From contig CAZPAW010000002.1 of assembly GCA_964584895.1 (NCBI GenBank), forward strand, positions 194,748 to 258,747: a DNA stretch of 64,000 nucleotides, read 5' to 3'. This document shows, one piece after another, positions 37,844 through 47,472 of the stretch (position 1 is the first letter of the stretch; each line of letters begins with the position of its first letter). The notes below the pieces were generated by a model, which searched no databases, was not told where the DNA came from, and was given only the letters and a program-made list of their open reading frames with translations. The position numbers were made by a program, and so were the translations under genes. The stretch is from an uncultured Candidatus Saccharibacteria bacterium. GTDB lineage: Bacteria; Patescibacteriota; Saccharimonadia; Saccharimonadales; JAGQNJ01.

Positions 37844-39159
37844 AGTTTGACTCGCTTCAGACCTGTTAGGTTTTCCCAGCGCTTCATAGCTACCTCAGCA
37901 TAGGTTGGTGACTTTTCCATGATGTAACACCTGCGCTTTAACTTTGTGCTGGCTATAAGTGTTGAGCCACTGCCACAGAAGGGCTCGACTACAAGGTCAC
38001 CTCGCTTTGTGAGCACCTTTATGTACGGGATAAGAATTTCTATTGGCTTGGTTCCAAAAATAACGCCTTGGCCAGAACTTTTTTCATCACTAGCTATGTA
38101 GTCGATAAAGTCTGTAGGCTGGTATTTCTTACCACCCTCATAACCCTCCCAATGTGGTTTGCCGGATATTGCATATAGAGCTGTTTCGAATTCTTCTTGC
38201 AAGCCATCAGGCTCCTCACCATGGTTATATTCAACAACTCCGCTAGCACCGACCATGGCAATATCGTGCTTACTAAAGAATTTGTACTTGGAAGCAAAGC
38301 CTTGATGACGGTTAGACAGATGCCAAACAATCATGTTTTTAATCTTCCAGTGCTCAGCCATTGCTTCCCATATAACAGGGATGTTCTTCCAGTTTTCGTA
38401 GCAGATAATGCTGAAGTTGGGGTTGGCATGCTTTGCGACATTAGCCATCCATAGCTCCGAGAAGTTGTCTGGCAGCACATCAGTTTCAAGGTACCTGCGG
38501 TTGCGTTTTGCACCAAATCCTGTAACTGGTTTACCGCCACGTTTGGCGTGTAAGTAATCCAATATGTATGGTGGGTCGGTCATGCACATGTTTGCTTGCT
38601 CGCCATTCATGAGCTTATCGAAATCAGCCTCAATGGTTGAATCTCCACACATGAGTCGTGAATCGCCCAGCTGGTATACATCGCCTTTTTGTACTTCGAC
38701 ACTTTTGATATCTAGTTTTGCTAGTTCTTTTTCCAAATCAAACGTTTCGGGTTCATCAACGGATAGATCAAATATTTCATCAAGCTCCTCGCTCTCAAAG
38801 CCAATATCTGCCAGCAGGGACTCATCAAATTCAGCTAACATCTCATAGTCCCAGTCGCCCAAGTTTTTATTTAATCGAATGTTTAATTCTTTTTCTTTTG
38901 CTTCATCAGCGATATCTATATAGACAACGGGTACTTCTTTTATGCCAAGGTCTTTAGCAACTTTTAAGCGAAAATGGCCACCGATTACAATGTTATGCCT
39001 ATTCTCATTGCTGTTAACCAGCACTGGGTCTACTAGTCCAAAACGTTTTATACTCTCAGTGAGCTGTTCCGCTGCAGACTCGCTCCATTTACGTGGATTG
39101 TAGGTGGCTGGCTTTAGCTCAGATACCTTTATTTGCTGTATTTTTAAGTTATTATTCAC
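37840..39159 (-). CDS. ParB-like nuclease domain / DNA methyltransferase fusion (paralogue of 20276..21598)
   Basis: 439 aa with a GTG start and AAGGAG Shine-Dalgarno. GGHFRLKVAK, TDPPY and EPFCGSGSTLIA. Confidence 0.85.
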   Translation of the reverse strand: MNNNLKIQQIKVSELKPATYNPRKWSESAAEQLTESIKRFGLVDPVLVNSNENRHNIVIGGHFRLKVAKDLGIKEVPVVYIDIADEAKEKELNIRLNKNLGDWDYEMLAEFDESLLADIGFESEELDEIFDLSVDEPETFDLEKELAKLDIKSVEVQKGDVYQLGDSRLMCGDSTIEADFDKLMNGEQANMCMTDPPYILDYLHAKRGGKPVTGFGAKRNRRYLETDVLPDNFSELWMANVAKHANPNFSIICYENWKNIPVIWEAMAEHWKIKNMIVWHLSNRHQGFASKYKFFSKHDIAMVGASGVVEYNHGEEPDGLQEEFETALYAISGKPHWEGYEGGKKYQPTDFIDYIASDEKSSGQGVIFGTKPIEILIPYIKVLTKRGDLVVEPFCGSGSTLIASTKLKRRCYIMEKSPTYAEVAMKRWENLTGLKRVKL

Positions 39160-39319
39160 CTTATTACTCCTTATTATTTAGCTTATTGCTACCCCTTAAA
39201 CGAGAAAAACAGCATCCGCCTCATTAATAAGGCATTTGCTGTTCTTTTCGTAATTCAATAGTAGTACTTTAAAAAGGTTACGTCAACAAAATACACGCAG
39301 TAGAGATATGTGTGCATTC

Positions 39320-39346
39320 AAAAACAATTGACTTTCAATTGTTTTT
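39320..39346. promoter_or_regulatory. 12 bp-arm inverted repeat over the -35 of the Type I R-M promoter
   Basis: AAAAACAATTGA-ctt-TCAATTGTTTTT. TTGACT (39328-39333), 17 nt spacer, TATTCT (39351-39356), 6 nt, then ATG at 39363. Confidence 0.45.
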
Positions 39347-39362
39347 CAAGTATTCTCGGGGT

Positions 39363-39938
39363 ATGAGTAAGACTTTACGACTAGGCGAAATAGCGACAAT
39401 CCAATCAGGATATAGTTTTCGCGCTAAAGTCGTAAGTGTAGATGGCGGTAGCCTAGGTGTGGTTCAAGCAAAAGATATTAACGGTCTTTATGTTGCTGAA
39501 GATAGTATCGCTAAAATAAATCAGCCGTATGCCGAGAGTCGCATACTAAGAACTGGAGATGTCCTACTTACCTCGCGCGGATCATTTCGTGCTGGTGTTA
39601 GTAAGTTTATTAAGCCGACCATTGCTTCATCGTCGTTGTTTACAATACGACTTACCTCAGGAGATGTATTGCCAGAGTATCTTGCAATATACCTTAACTC
39701 TGACCAAGCCCAGTATTATTTTTCACTAAACGCTAAAGGCGCAACAATTCAGAGCCTTGCCATACCTGATTTACAGAACCTAAATGTACCTATAGTACCG
39801 CTATCGTCACAGAGAATAATCATTGATCTGCAACAGAATGTTGAATCGCAAAGAAATATATTGAGTCGTAAACAAGACATTATTAACCAATTACTGAAAA
39901 GTAGTGTAGCCAAGACACTAGAAGGAGCAACAAAATGA
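39363..39938 (+). CDS. hsdS: Type I R-M specificity subunit, single-TRD (half-size) form
   Basis: 191 aa from MSKTLRLGEIATIQSGYSF. One target-recognition domain plus one conserved helical region. The stop overlaps the hsdM ATG. Confidence 0.7.
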   Translation: MSKTLRLGEIATIQSGYSFRAKVVSVDGGSLGVVQAKDINGLYVAEDSIAKINQPYAESRILRTGDVLLTSRGSFRAGVSKFIKPTIASSSLFTIRLTSGDVLPEYLAIYLNSDQAQYYFSLNAKGATIQSLAIPDLQNLNVPIVPLSSQRIIIDLQQNVESQRNILSRKQDIINQLLKSSVAKTLEGATK

Positions 39939-41446
39939 CAGTAAAAAAATACACCCAGGAGCAACTTAACGATATTCTTTGGGCAGCCGCCGATTCGAGC
40001 CGAGTTGGTGTAGACGGCGGAGTATATAAAGACTACGCACTAACAATGTTGTTTGTGAAGTATCTAAGTGACCTATCCAAAAAACAACACGCAAAATATG
40101 TTGAACGTTTTGGCAATGATGAAGAGCGAATTGCTGCAAAAATGAAGCAGGATCGCTTCTACCTCCCACCTAATACCAACTTCGATTACATTTACTCGAA
40201 GAAAGAAGAAGACAATATTGGTGAAGAAATTAACAAGGTCATGCACCGAATCGAAGATACTAACAAATCTAAGCTCGAAGGTGTATTTAGTGTAGATTTT
40301 AACTCTGAAGCTATTTTAGGTAAGCAGGCGCAACGTAATAAGATGCTTCGTCACCTAATTGATGATTTTTACAAAATTGATCTTAGCGAGGCAGATGAAG
40401 ATATTATTGGTAACTCCTACATGTACCTGATAGAGCGCTTCGGTGCAGATGCAGGTAAAAAGGCTGGTGAATTCTTTACCGTAAAATCTGTCGCCAAGTT
40501 AGTAGCTATGCTGGCACAGCCTAAGCCTGGCGATCGAATCGCTGACCCAGCCATGGGAAGTGGTGGTTTGCTATTACTTGCGGGTGAAGAAGTCGAAAAG
40601 CAAGGGTCTAATAACTATGCATTGTACGGCCAAGAGTCAACCGGAAGTACCTTCCAACTTGCTCGAATGAACATGTTCTTACACGGAAAAGATTCGGCAT
40701 ATCTTGAATGGGGCGATACGCTTAACAACCCGCAACTTGTTGAGAACGATAAGCTAATGAAGTTTGATGTTTGCGTAGCCAATCCTCCGTTCTCTCTTAA
40801 AAAATGGGGTGCTGAGAATGCTGACAGCGACAAATACAATCGCTTTTGGCGCGGTGTACCACCAAAGGACAAAGGCGACTATGCGTTTATTACACATATG
40901 ATTGAAACAGCAAAGCCGAAAAGTGGCCGAGTGTCGGTTATTGTGCCTCACGGCGTACTGTTTCGCAGTGGCGCAGAAGGTAAGATTCGTGAAGCTCTCC
41001 TCAAAGAAAATATAGTAGATGCAGTAATTGGCCTGCCTGCTGGCTTATTCCAAACTACTGGCATACCTGTAGCAATTCTTATATTAGACCGTTCTCGTGA
41101 AGAAGGTGGTAAGAACGCCAATAAGAAAGACGTACTATTTATTGAGGCATCAAAAGAGTTTAAGCCCGGAAAGGCTCAAAACAGCCTGACAGAGGAAAAT
41201 ATCGGCAAAATCTACAATGCATATGTTGAACGTAAAGATGTAGATAAATTTGCGCACGTTGCCGGCTTCGATGAGATCAAGGAAAACGACTTCAATCTAA
41301 ACATCACGCGTTATGTTGATACTTTTGAGGAAGAGGCTGAAATCGATATTGCAGCCAACTTGGACGAGCTGGAAAAGCTTAATCCTGAGCTAGATAGGCT
41401 TGAAGCACAGATGAATGACTACCTTAAGCAGTTGGGGATTAAATAG
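39935..41446 (+). CDS. hsdM: Type I R-M DNA methyltransferase subunit
   Basis: 503 aa. DPAMGSGGLL AdoMet loop, catalytic NPPF in VANPPFSLKKW. GAAGGAG Shine-Dalgarno upstream. Confidence 0.95.
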   Translation: MTVKKYTQEQLNDILWAAADSSRVGVDGGVYKDYALTMLFVKYLSDLSKKQHAKYVERFGNDEERIAAKMKQDRFYLPPNTNFDYIYSKKEEDNIGEEINKVMHRIEDTNKSKLEGVFSVDFNSEAILGKQAQRNKMLRHLIDDFYKIDLSEADEDIIGNSYMYLIERFGADAGKKAGEFFTVKSVAKLVAMLAQPKPGDRIADPAMGSGGLLLLAGEEVEKQGSNNYALYGQESTGSTFQLARMNMFLHGKDSAYLEWGDTLNNPQLVENDKLMKFDVCVANPPFSLKKWGAENADSDKYNRFWRGVPPKDKGDYAFITHMIETAKPKSGRVSVIVPHGVLFRSGAEGKIREALLKENIVDAVIGLPAGLFQTTGIPVAILILDRSREEGGKNANKKDVLFIEASKEFKPGKAQNSLTEENIGKIYNAYVERKDVDKFAHVAGFDEIKENDFNLNITRYVDTFEEEAEIDIAANLDELEKLNPELDRLEAQMNDYLKQLGIK

Positions 41447-41447
41447 T

Positions 41448-42416
41448 ATGCGTTTAGGGAAAGTTCGAAATACAGTTACCGAAGTTACAAACTCCTCTGG
41501 CCAAATGGTGATTGAGGCAGATGCTGTTTATGGGGGCCAAGCATACACAGTTAAAAAATTCGATAAGCTATCAGCTGCTCTGACAGTTGTTTCAGATCAA
41601 AAATGGAATGACTTAGATTTCTCACCAGTTAAGACAGTTCTCGATGCGTACGATAAATCTGCGACACAAACAATAACCAATACTGAATATGACCAAATTA
41701 ACTCCTACATAGCATCTGTAAACCAAAAGTTGCCGATTTTTATTGGCCTAATTCAAACTATGGTTGAAGACCAAGACGAACAAACTATAAACGTCAAACT
41801 TCCAGCGAAAGCGACTAGTCTAAAAGACCTTAATGCCTTAAACACTAAACTCGATAAACTCTTCACGAAATTCAATATAGACGGTAAGCCAATAGATTTT
41901 AAGGGCTTTGATACAGGAACCGACTGGTATGTATTCGCAGTTGGCGGCGTTATAACGTATCGATTTATTATTGGTTGTATAAAGATTGCCCATGATTACT
42001 TCGATATGCGAAAAAAGTACTTTGACTCAAAGCGTTCAAAATTGGACTACGAAGCGTCTTTAAAGGCTAGCGAGAAATTTGATGACAAGGCATTTAAAGA
42101 ATTCCAACAGCGACGGCTAGATCTAGAAGTCGCTACAAGTATTGATGAGCTCGTTAAGCACATAAATGAAAAAAACGGTCATGAAGTCGCAGAGCTTAAT
42201 AACAAATTGATTATCGCAACAAAAGATTTAATTGAAGTTTTAGATGAAGGCGCAGAGTTTCATCTTTCACTTAATCCACCTAAGTATGTCGAAGAAGATT
42301 CTAGTGGCTTACTAACAATAAATTATTCACAGATGCCAAAACTAGAGACAAAAAAAGAAGTTAAAACTATAGAGTCTGGTAAAACTAAAGCGACCGAGGA
42401 CGTAGTTAATGAGTAG
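41448..42416 (+). CDS. single-pass membrane / coiled-coil protein of unknown function embedded in the R-M operon
   Basis: 322 aa from MRLGKV (an alternative ATG at 41415 lies inside hsdM). One central hydrophobic helix WYVFAVGGVITYRFIIGCIKIA, then a charged helical C-terminal half. The stop overlaps the hsdS ATG. Confidence 0.55.
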   Translation: MRLGKVRNTVTEVTNSSGQMVIEADAVYGGQAYTVKKFDKLSAALTVVSDQKWNDLDFSPVKTVLDAYDKSATQTITNTEYDQINSYIASVNQKLPIFIGLIQTMVEDQDEQTINVKLPAKATSLKDLNALNTKLDKLFTKFNIDGKPIDFKGFDTGTDWYVFAVGGVITYRFIIGCIKIAHDYFDMRKKYFDSKRSKLDYEASLKASEKFDDKAFKEFQQRRLDLEVATSIDELVKHINEKNGHEVAELNNKLIIATKDLIEVLDEGAEFHLSLNPPKYVEEDSSGLLTINYSQMPKLETKKEVKTIESGKTKATEDVVNE

Positions 42417-43608
42417 TACAGGATTTCCGTCTGGGTGGGATGAATTAACTATAAAAAAGGCGACCATACTACTGAAGGATGGTTCACATGGGACTCACAA
42501 AGACGTTGATGGGGGTATTCCTTTGCTAAGCGCAAAAGACATTCGACATGGTCGTGTCTGGTTTGAAAATGATCCAAGGCACATCTCTAGCGATGACTTT
42601 AATCAAATTCATAAGAACTACAAATTATGTAATGGTGACGTATTACTAACAATTGTCGGTACGCTTGGTCGTATAGCTAGGGTTCAAAATTACAGTAATA
42701 GCTATACTCTACAAAGAAGCGTCGCTGTTTTAAGATTCGATAATAGTTTAGTTGACAGCGAGTACGCATATTACTTACTAACAGCACCTAGGTTTCAGGC
42801 GGACTTAAAGAGACGAGAAAATAGAGGGGCTCAGGGCGGAGTTTATCTAGGTGAAATAGCAAAGATTAAAGTATTGATTCCGGGCCTTCCAATGCAGAGA
42901 AATATAGTTCAAATTCTAAATACGTGGGATAAGTGTCTTGCAAATTTGGACAAGAAAATTGCTGCCAAAAAGCATATAAAGAAAGGGCTGATGCAGCGAT
43001 TGCTGTCTGGCAAGGTGCGGCTACCAGGCTTTAACGAAAGATGGACGCCAAGAACATTAGGTGCTGTTAGTAATATAAAAACTGGCAAGAAGGACAACAA
43101 AGACAAAGTAGAGTCTGGTGAATACCCTTTCTTTGTGCGCTCTCCAAATATTGAAAGAATAAATTCCTATTCATTTGATGGTGAAGCGATACTCATACCA
43201 GGCGAAGGTAATATAGGAAAAATATTTCATTACATAAATGGTAAGTTTGATTTTCATCAAAGAGTCTACAAAATAAGTAATTTTGATAAAGACACAAATG
43301 GTAAATTTATTTACTATCTGCTGTCTAAAGACTTCGCAAATCACACAAAGCGTCATTCAGTAAAAGCTACTGTTGATTCATTAAGATTACCAACTTTTAA
43401 AATGTTCGAGTATCTAGCGCCTAACCGAAAAGAACAAGATGCCATTGCCGATGTTCTTAGTGCGGCAGATGAAGAGATTGAACTGCTTTCGAAGGAACGT
43501 GGATACATTGCTGAGCAAAGGAAGTTTTTGCTCAACGGTTTAATTAACGGTAAGATTCGCGTCCCAGAGTCTGTACGAGAAAAACAATTGGAGGTTGCTA
43601 ATGCTTGA
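42409..43608 (+). CDS. hsdS: Type I R-M specificity subunit, two TRDs
   Basis: 399 aa. Two TRDs separated by conserved helices (LLSGKVRLPGF ... LINGKIRVPE). Confidence 0.9.
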   Translation: MSSTGFPSGWDELTIKKATILLKDGSHGTHKDVDGGIPLLSAKDIRHGRVWFENDPRHISSDDFNQIHKNYKLCNGDVLLTIVGTLGRIARVQNYSNSYTLQRSVAVLRFDNSLVDSEYAYYLLTAPRFQADLKRRENRGAQGGVYLGEIAKIKVLIPGLPMQRNIVQILNTWDKCLANLDKKIAAKKHIKKGLMQRLLSGKVRLPGFNERWTPRTLGAVSNIKTGKKDNKDKVESGEYPFFVRSPNIERINSYSFDGEAILIPGEGNIGKIFHYINGKFDFHQRVYKISNFDKDTNGKFIYYLLSKDFANHTKRHSVKATVDSLRLPTFKMFEYLAPNRKEQDAIADVLSAADEEIELLSKERGYIAEQRKFLLNGLINGKIRVPESVREKQLEVANA

Positions 43609-46600
43609 AAACATAAACTTTGACGAAGCTCGTCAGTCACAACTTCCTTTTGTAGAAATGCTTATTAATATGGGCTATAAGTATCTACCGACCGCTGAGC
43701 TGATGCGCCAGCGTAGTGACGACACATCATACTATCTGTTAAAAGAAATTGCTGCAGATTCTTTAATGCGGATAAACGACTACGAACATCATGGTCAAAC
43801 TTTGAAGTTCACCGAAAAAGACGTAGCCGAAGCCATTGACGAGCTAGAAAATCTCCAGTACGAAGGTCTGATTGATACATCTAAAACTGTATATAACACC
43901 ATTATGCCGTTGAAGGGCGGTAAAACTATACGTGTATTTCATGATGGCAAATACGAATCTAAAAGCTTCCGATTTATCGACTTTGAACATCCAGAAAACA
44001 ATGTATTCCATGTAGCGGTAGAAGTTGAAGTCAGTGCTAAGAACGGTACTCGCCGTCCAGATATAGTCTGTTACATTAACGGCATCCCGTTTGTAGTTAT
44101 AGAAAATAAGAAGTCGAGTGTTGATGTTAGCGATGCTATCAACCAAATGATCCGCAACCAAGGCCCCGATTACAGCCCTCGGTTCTTTATTTACCCTCAA
44201 CTGCTAATTGCGAGTAACGGTAAAGATGTGCGCTACGGAACTACTGGTACACCAGCCGAGTTCTATGTAAATTGGCGAGAAAAAGACCACACAGCTGAAG
44301 AAATTGATGAAAAAGTACGCGAATTTATCTCTACTAAAATTGATGACGAGCTGTACGCACAGCTACTAACTGATTTAAATGGCTTCACGCATAACCACAC
44401 CCAGCGCCTTGAGCGCAAACCTACCGAACAAGATCGTTCCATCGTTGCCCTACTAGATAAAAAGCGACTGTTAGATATTACCAAGAACTATATTCTTTAT
44501 GACGGTGCTGAGAAGAAGGTTATGCGTTATCAGCAGTACTTTGCAATCCACCATGCGCTAAAGCGAATCGAAGAGAAAGAACCAACCAGTCACGGCGAAC
44601 GTCGCAAGGGCGGTATCATTTGGCATACTCAAGGCTCCGGCAAGTCATTGACGATGGTAATGTTTGTGCGAGCTTTAATTGAAGACCCTCGAATCATTAA
44701 CCCACGTATATTAATTGTTACTGATCGAAAAGATTTAGACCGACAGATTCTTGGCACCTTCCAAAACGCTGGACTCAAAAAGAAGGTCAAGCAAGCGCGC
44801 AGCGGCGAACACCTGCTGGAGCTCATAAAGTCCAAAGACACTAGCGTTGTTACGACGCTAATTCATAAGTTCCAATCGGCTTCGAGGCGACGTGCAGATT
44901 TTGTAGATAATGATCAAAACATATTTGTACTAATCGACGAAGCCCATCGCTCACAACAAGGTGAAGCAAATATTGAAATGAATCGCACTATTTCGAGTGC
45001 TTGCTACATAGCCTTTACGGGCACACCGCTACTTAAACGCGAGCAGTCACAAAACAAGTTTGGTAGTTTTATAGACAAATACACAATTGATGATGCGTTG
45101 GACGACAATATTGTTTTGCCCCTAATCTACGAGGGTCGCTACGTTGACTTGCACCAGGACAAGAACGAAATAGACCGACTGGTTGAACGCTTAACTGCCG
45201 ACCTAAGCGACGAGCAGAAAAAGCAACTACAGAAGAATATCGAAAACAAACTCATAAAAGATAATCCAAAACGTATTGCTGAAATCGCTTACGACATAGA
45301 AAGACACTACTCCGGTCGATTCCAGGGTTACGGCCTTAAGGCACAAATCGTTGCCCCATCGAAGTTTTCAGCCATGTTGTTCCAAAAGTACTTCAAAGAT
45401 AGCGGCAAGCTAAATACCGCCCTCGTCATATCCGACGAGAACGGCATCATCGATGATAAAGACGAGCACAAAAAAGAAGTTGAAGGTTACTTAAAAGAAA
45501 TTAAGGACAAGTACCAGAGTCTGCTAAGCTACGAAAAAGAAGTCATTGATAGCTTCAAGTACAACGACGAAGGCGTAGAAATTATTATTGTGGTCGACAA
45601 GCTTCTCACTGGTTTCGACGCGCCTCGCAATACAGTCCTGTACCTTGCTAAGGAGCTAAAAGATCATAACTTACTGCAGGCAATCGCCCGCGTCAATCGT
45701 TTGTATGATAACCCAGCCCTACCAAAAACAGCTGGATTCATTATTGACTACTCAGAAAATGCACAGAACATTCACACTGCTATGCAATTGTTTGGCAACT
45801 ACGACGAGAATGATGTCAAGGGCGCGCTGATTGATGTTAATGAAAAGATTCAAGATCTTGAAGCCAGCTACGGCGCATTGCATGACATATTCAACGGCAT
45901 TGCGAGCGATGACGAAGCCTACCTACAGCACCTGGGCGACGATCCAACTCGTAAAGAATTCTATGCCGCACTAAATAAGTTCATGCAGGAATTTAGTGAG
46001 TGTATGGTCTTACAGGACTTTGCACACGAATTCGAGGATCTTGATACCTACCGCCGCGAACTAAAGAAATTCATGGAGCTACGCAAAACGGCCACATTAA
46101 TGAATGAAGAACGTGTCGATTTTTCTAAGTACAAGAACGCACTAGTAAAAATCATGGACGAAAACATCAAGGCCGATGAAGCTGAGTTGTTAACCGAAGA
46201 GATCAATATTACCGACAAGGAATTGTTTGATAAAGCCATCGAAGAAATCGGTTCGGATAAATCCAAGGCCGAAGCAATCGCTGCTCAAACCAAACGTACA
46301 ATAACCGAGAAGTTCGATACTGATCCAGAATTCTACGGCAAGTTTTCAAAGAAAATTAGCGAAATCCTGGAAGCCATGCGAGCCAAGAAGCTAGCCGATA
46401 TCGAAGCACTCAAGCAACTTAAGCTAATAACCGATGAAGTTTTGCATAAAAAAGACGATTCACTGCCGTCAGTTATCGCTGAAACACCGGGTGTTGATAT
46501 CTTGTACCGCAACCTGCGCGGTGATCTTGATTTGGAAGAAGTTACATATATCAAAACCGTACTTGATATATACCAGGTACTAAGCAAAAATGCTCGAGTA

Positions 46601-46774
46601 GATTGGTGGAAGAATCACGAAATGAAGCGAATTATGCGAACCAGTATCGACGATTACCTATACGACGAAGTGAAAGTTAAGCTGGGCGTTGATCTTACCG
46701 CCGATCAAATTGACTCAATTGTAGACGACGTCATGAAGCTGGCAGAAAATAACTACGAGATATTCGTTAAATGA
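43601..46774 (+). CDS. hsdR: Type I R-M restriction/helicase subunit
   Basis: PD-(D/E)xK region RPDIVCYINGIPFVVIENKK, then SF2 motifs TQGSGKSLT, LIDEAHRSQ and QAIARVNR. The ATG at 43601 has a GGAGG Shine-Dalgarno 6 nt upstream (track start 43595 is TTG). Confidence 0.95.
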   Translation: MLENINFDEARQSQLPFVEMLINMGYKYLPTAELMRQRSDDTSYYLLKEIAADSLMRINDYEHHGQTLKFTEKDVAEAIDELENLQYEGLIDTSKTVYNTIMPLKGGKTIRVFHDGKYESKSFRFIDFEHPENNVFHVAVEVEVSAKNGTRRPDIVCYINGIPFVVIENKKSSVDVSDAINQMIRNQGPDYSPRFFIYPQLLIASNGKDVRYGTTGTPAEFYVNWREKDHTAEEIDEKVREFISTKIDDELYAQLLTDLNGFTHNHTQRLERKPTEQDRSIVALLDKKRLLDITKNYILYDGAEKKVMRYQQYFAIHHALKRIEEKEPTSHGERRKGGIIWHTQGSGKSLTMVMFVRALIEDPRIINPRILIVTDRKDLDRQILGTFQNAGLKKKVKQARSGEHLLELIKSKDTSVVTTLIHKFQSASRRRADFVDNDQNIFVLIDEAHRSQQGEANIEMNRTISSACYIAFTGTPLLKREQSQNKFGSFIDKYTIDDALDDNIVLPLIYEGRYVDLHQDKNEIDRLVERLTADLSDEQKKQLQKNIENKLIKDNPKRIAEIAYDIERHYSGRFQGYGLKAQIVAPSKFSAMLFQKYFKDSGKLNTALVISDENGIIDDKDEHKKEVEGYLKEIKDKYQSLLSYEKEVIDSFKYNDEGVEIIIVVDKLLTGFDAPRNTVLYLAKELKDHNLLQAIARVNRLYDNPALPKTAGFIIDYSENAQNIHTAMQLFGNYDENDVKGALIDVNEKIQDLEASYGALHDIFNGIASDDEAYLQHLGDDPTRKEFYAALNKFMQEFSECMVLQDFAHEFEDLDTYRRELKKFMELRKTATLMNEERVDFSKYKNALVKIMDENIKADEAELLTEEINITDKELFDKAIEEIGSDKSKAEAIAAQTKRTITEKFDTDPEFYGKFSKKISEILEAMRAKKLADIEALKQLKLITDEVLHKKDDSLPSVIAETPGVDILYRNLRGDLDLEEVTYIKTVLDIYQVLSKNARVDWWKNHEMKRIMRTSIDDYLYDEVKVKLGVDLTADQIDSIVDDVMKLAENNYEIFVK

Positions 46775-47472
46775 TGACACGGACTTTTGAATATGGCACA
46801 CATCGCTACATTTACGGGTTGATACGTCAGGACAGAAAAACGCTAAGTCTCACAGTTGAGCCTTGTCTAGATATTATCTTGAAAGTTCCGGAAGATGCCG
46901 ACGACGAACGAATCGAAAAGTTCCTACGTAAAAAATGGATGTGGCTCAACAAGCAAATAACCTTTTTCGAAAAATACCGTCGGAAGTATTACCAAAAAGA
47001 GTACGTTTCTGGTGAGAGTTTTTACTATCTTGGTCGTCAGTACAAACTAGTCGTAGTTAATGGCAATAAAAACTCAGTTGCTCTCAGTAAAGGTAAACTT
47101 ACTATTACGACCACTAAGAAAACGACGGATGGTAAATCTAATCGAGCTTTGCTCGAACGATGGTACAAAAACCGCAGGCACGTTGTTTTCGCGGAACGCT
47201 ACGCAGAAGTACTAAAGAACTTTGATTACAAATTCACTCCCGAACTGACTGTACGCGTAATGGCAAGGCGTTGGGGCAGCTACATCAAGGGTGAGCGGAT
47301 TATTTTGAATCCACTGCTGATCCAAGCTACCAAAGAAGCAATAGACTATGTTATTACCCACGAACTATGCCATATGAAGTACAAGAACCATGATGCTAAT
47401 TTCTATATGTTACTTGAAACCAAGTTTCCCAATTGGAGCAAAACAAAGGAAAAACTGGAGTTACTCATATGA
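46771..47472 (+). CDS. YgjP/DUF45 (M48-like) zinc metallohydrolase
   Basis: 233 aa. HExxH in ITHELCHMKYKNH. ATGA overlap with hsdR. This family commonly follows hsdR. Confidence 0.8.
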   Translation: MMTRTFEYGTHRYIYGLIRQDRKTLSLTVEPCLDIILKVPEDADDERIEKFLRKKWMWLNKQITFFEKYRRKYYQKEYVSGESFYYLGRQYKLVVVNGNKNSVALSKGKLTITTTKKTTDGKSNRALLERWYKNRRHVVFAERYAEVLKNFDYKFTPELTVRVMARRWGSYIKGERIILNPLLIQATKEAIDYVITHELCHMKYKNHDANFYMLLETKFPNWSKTKEKLELLI

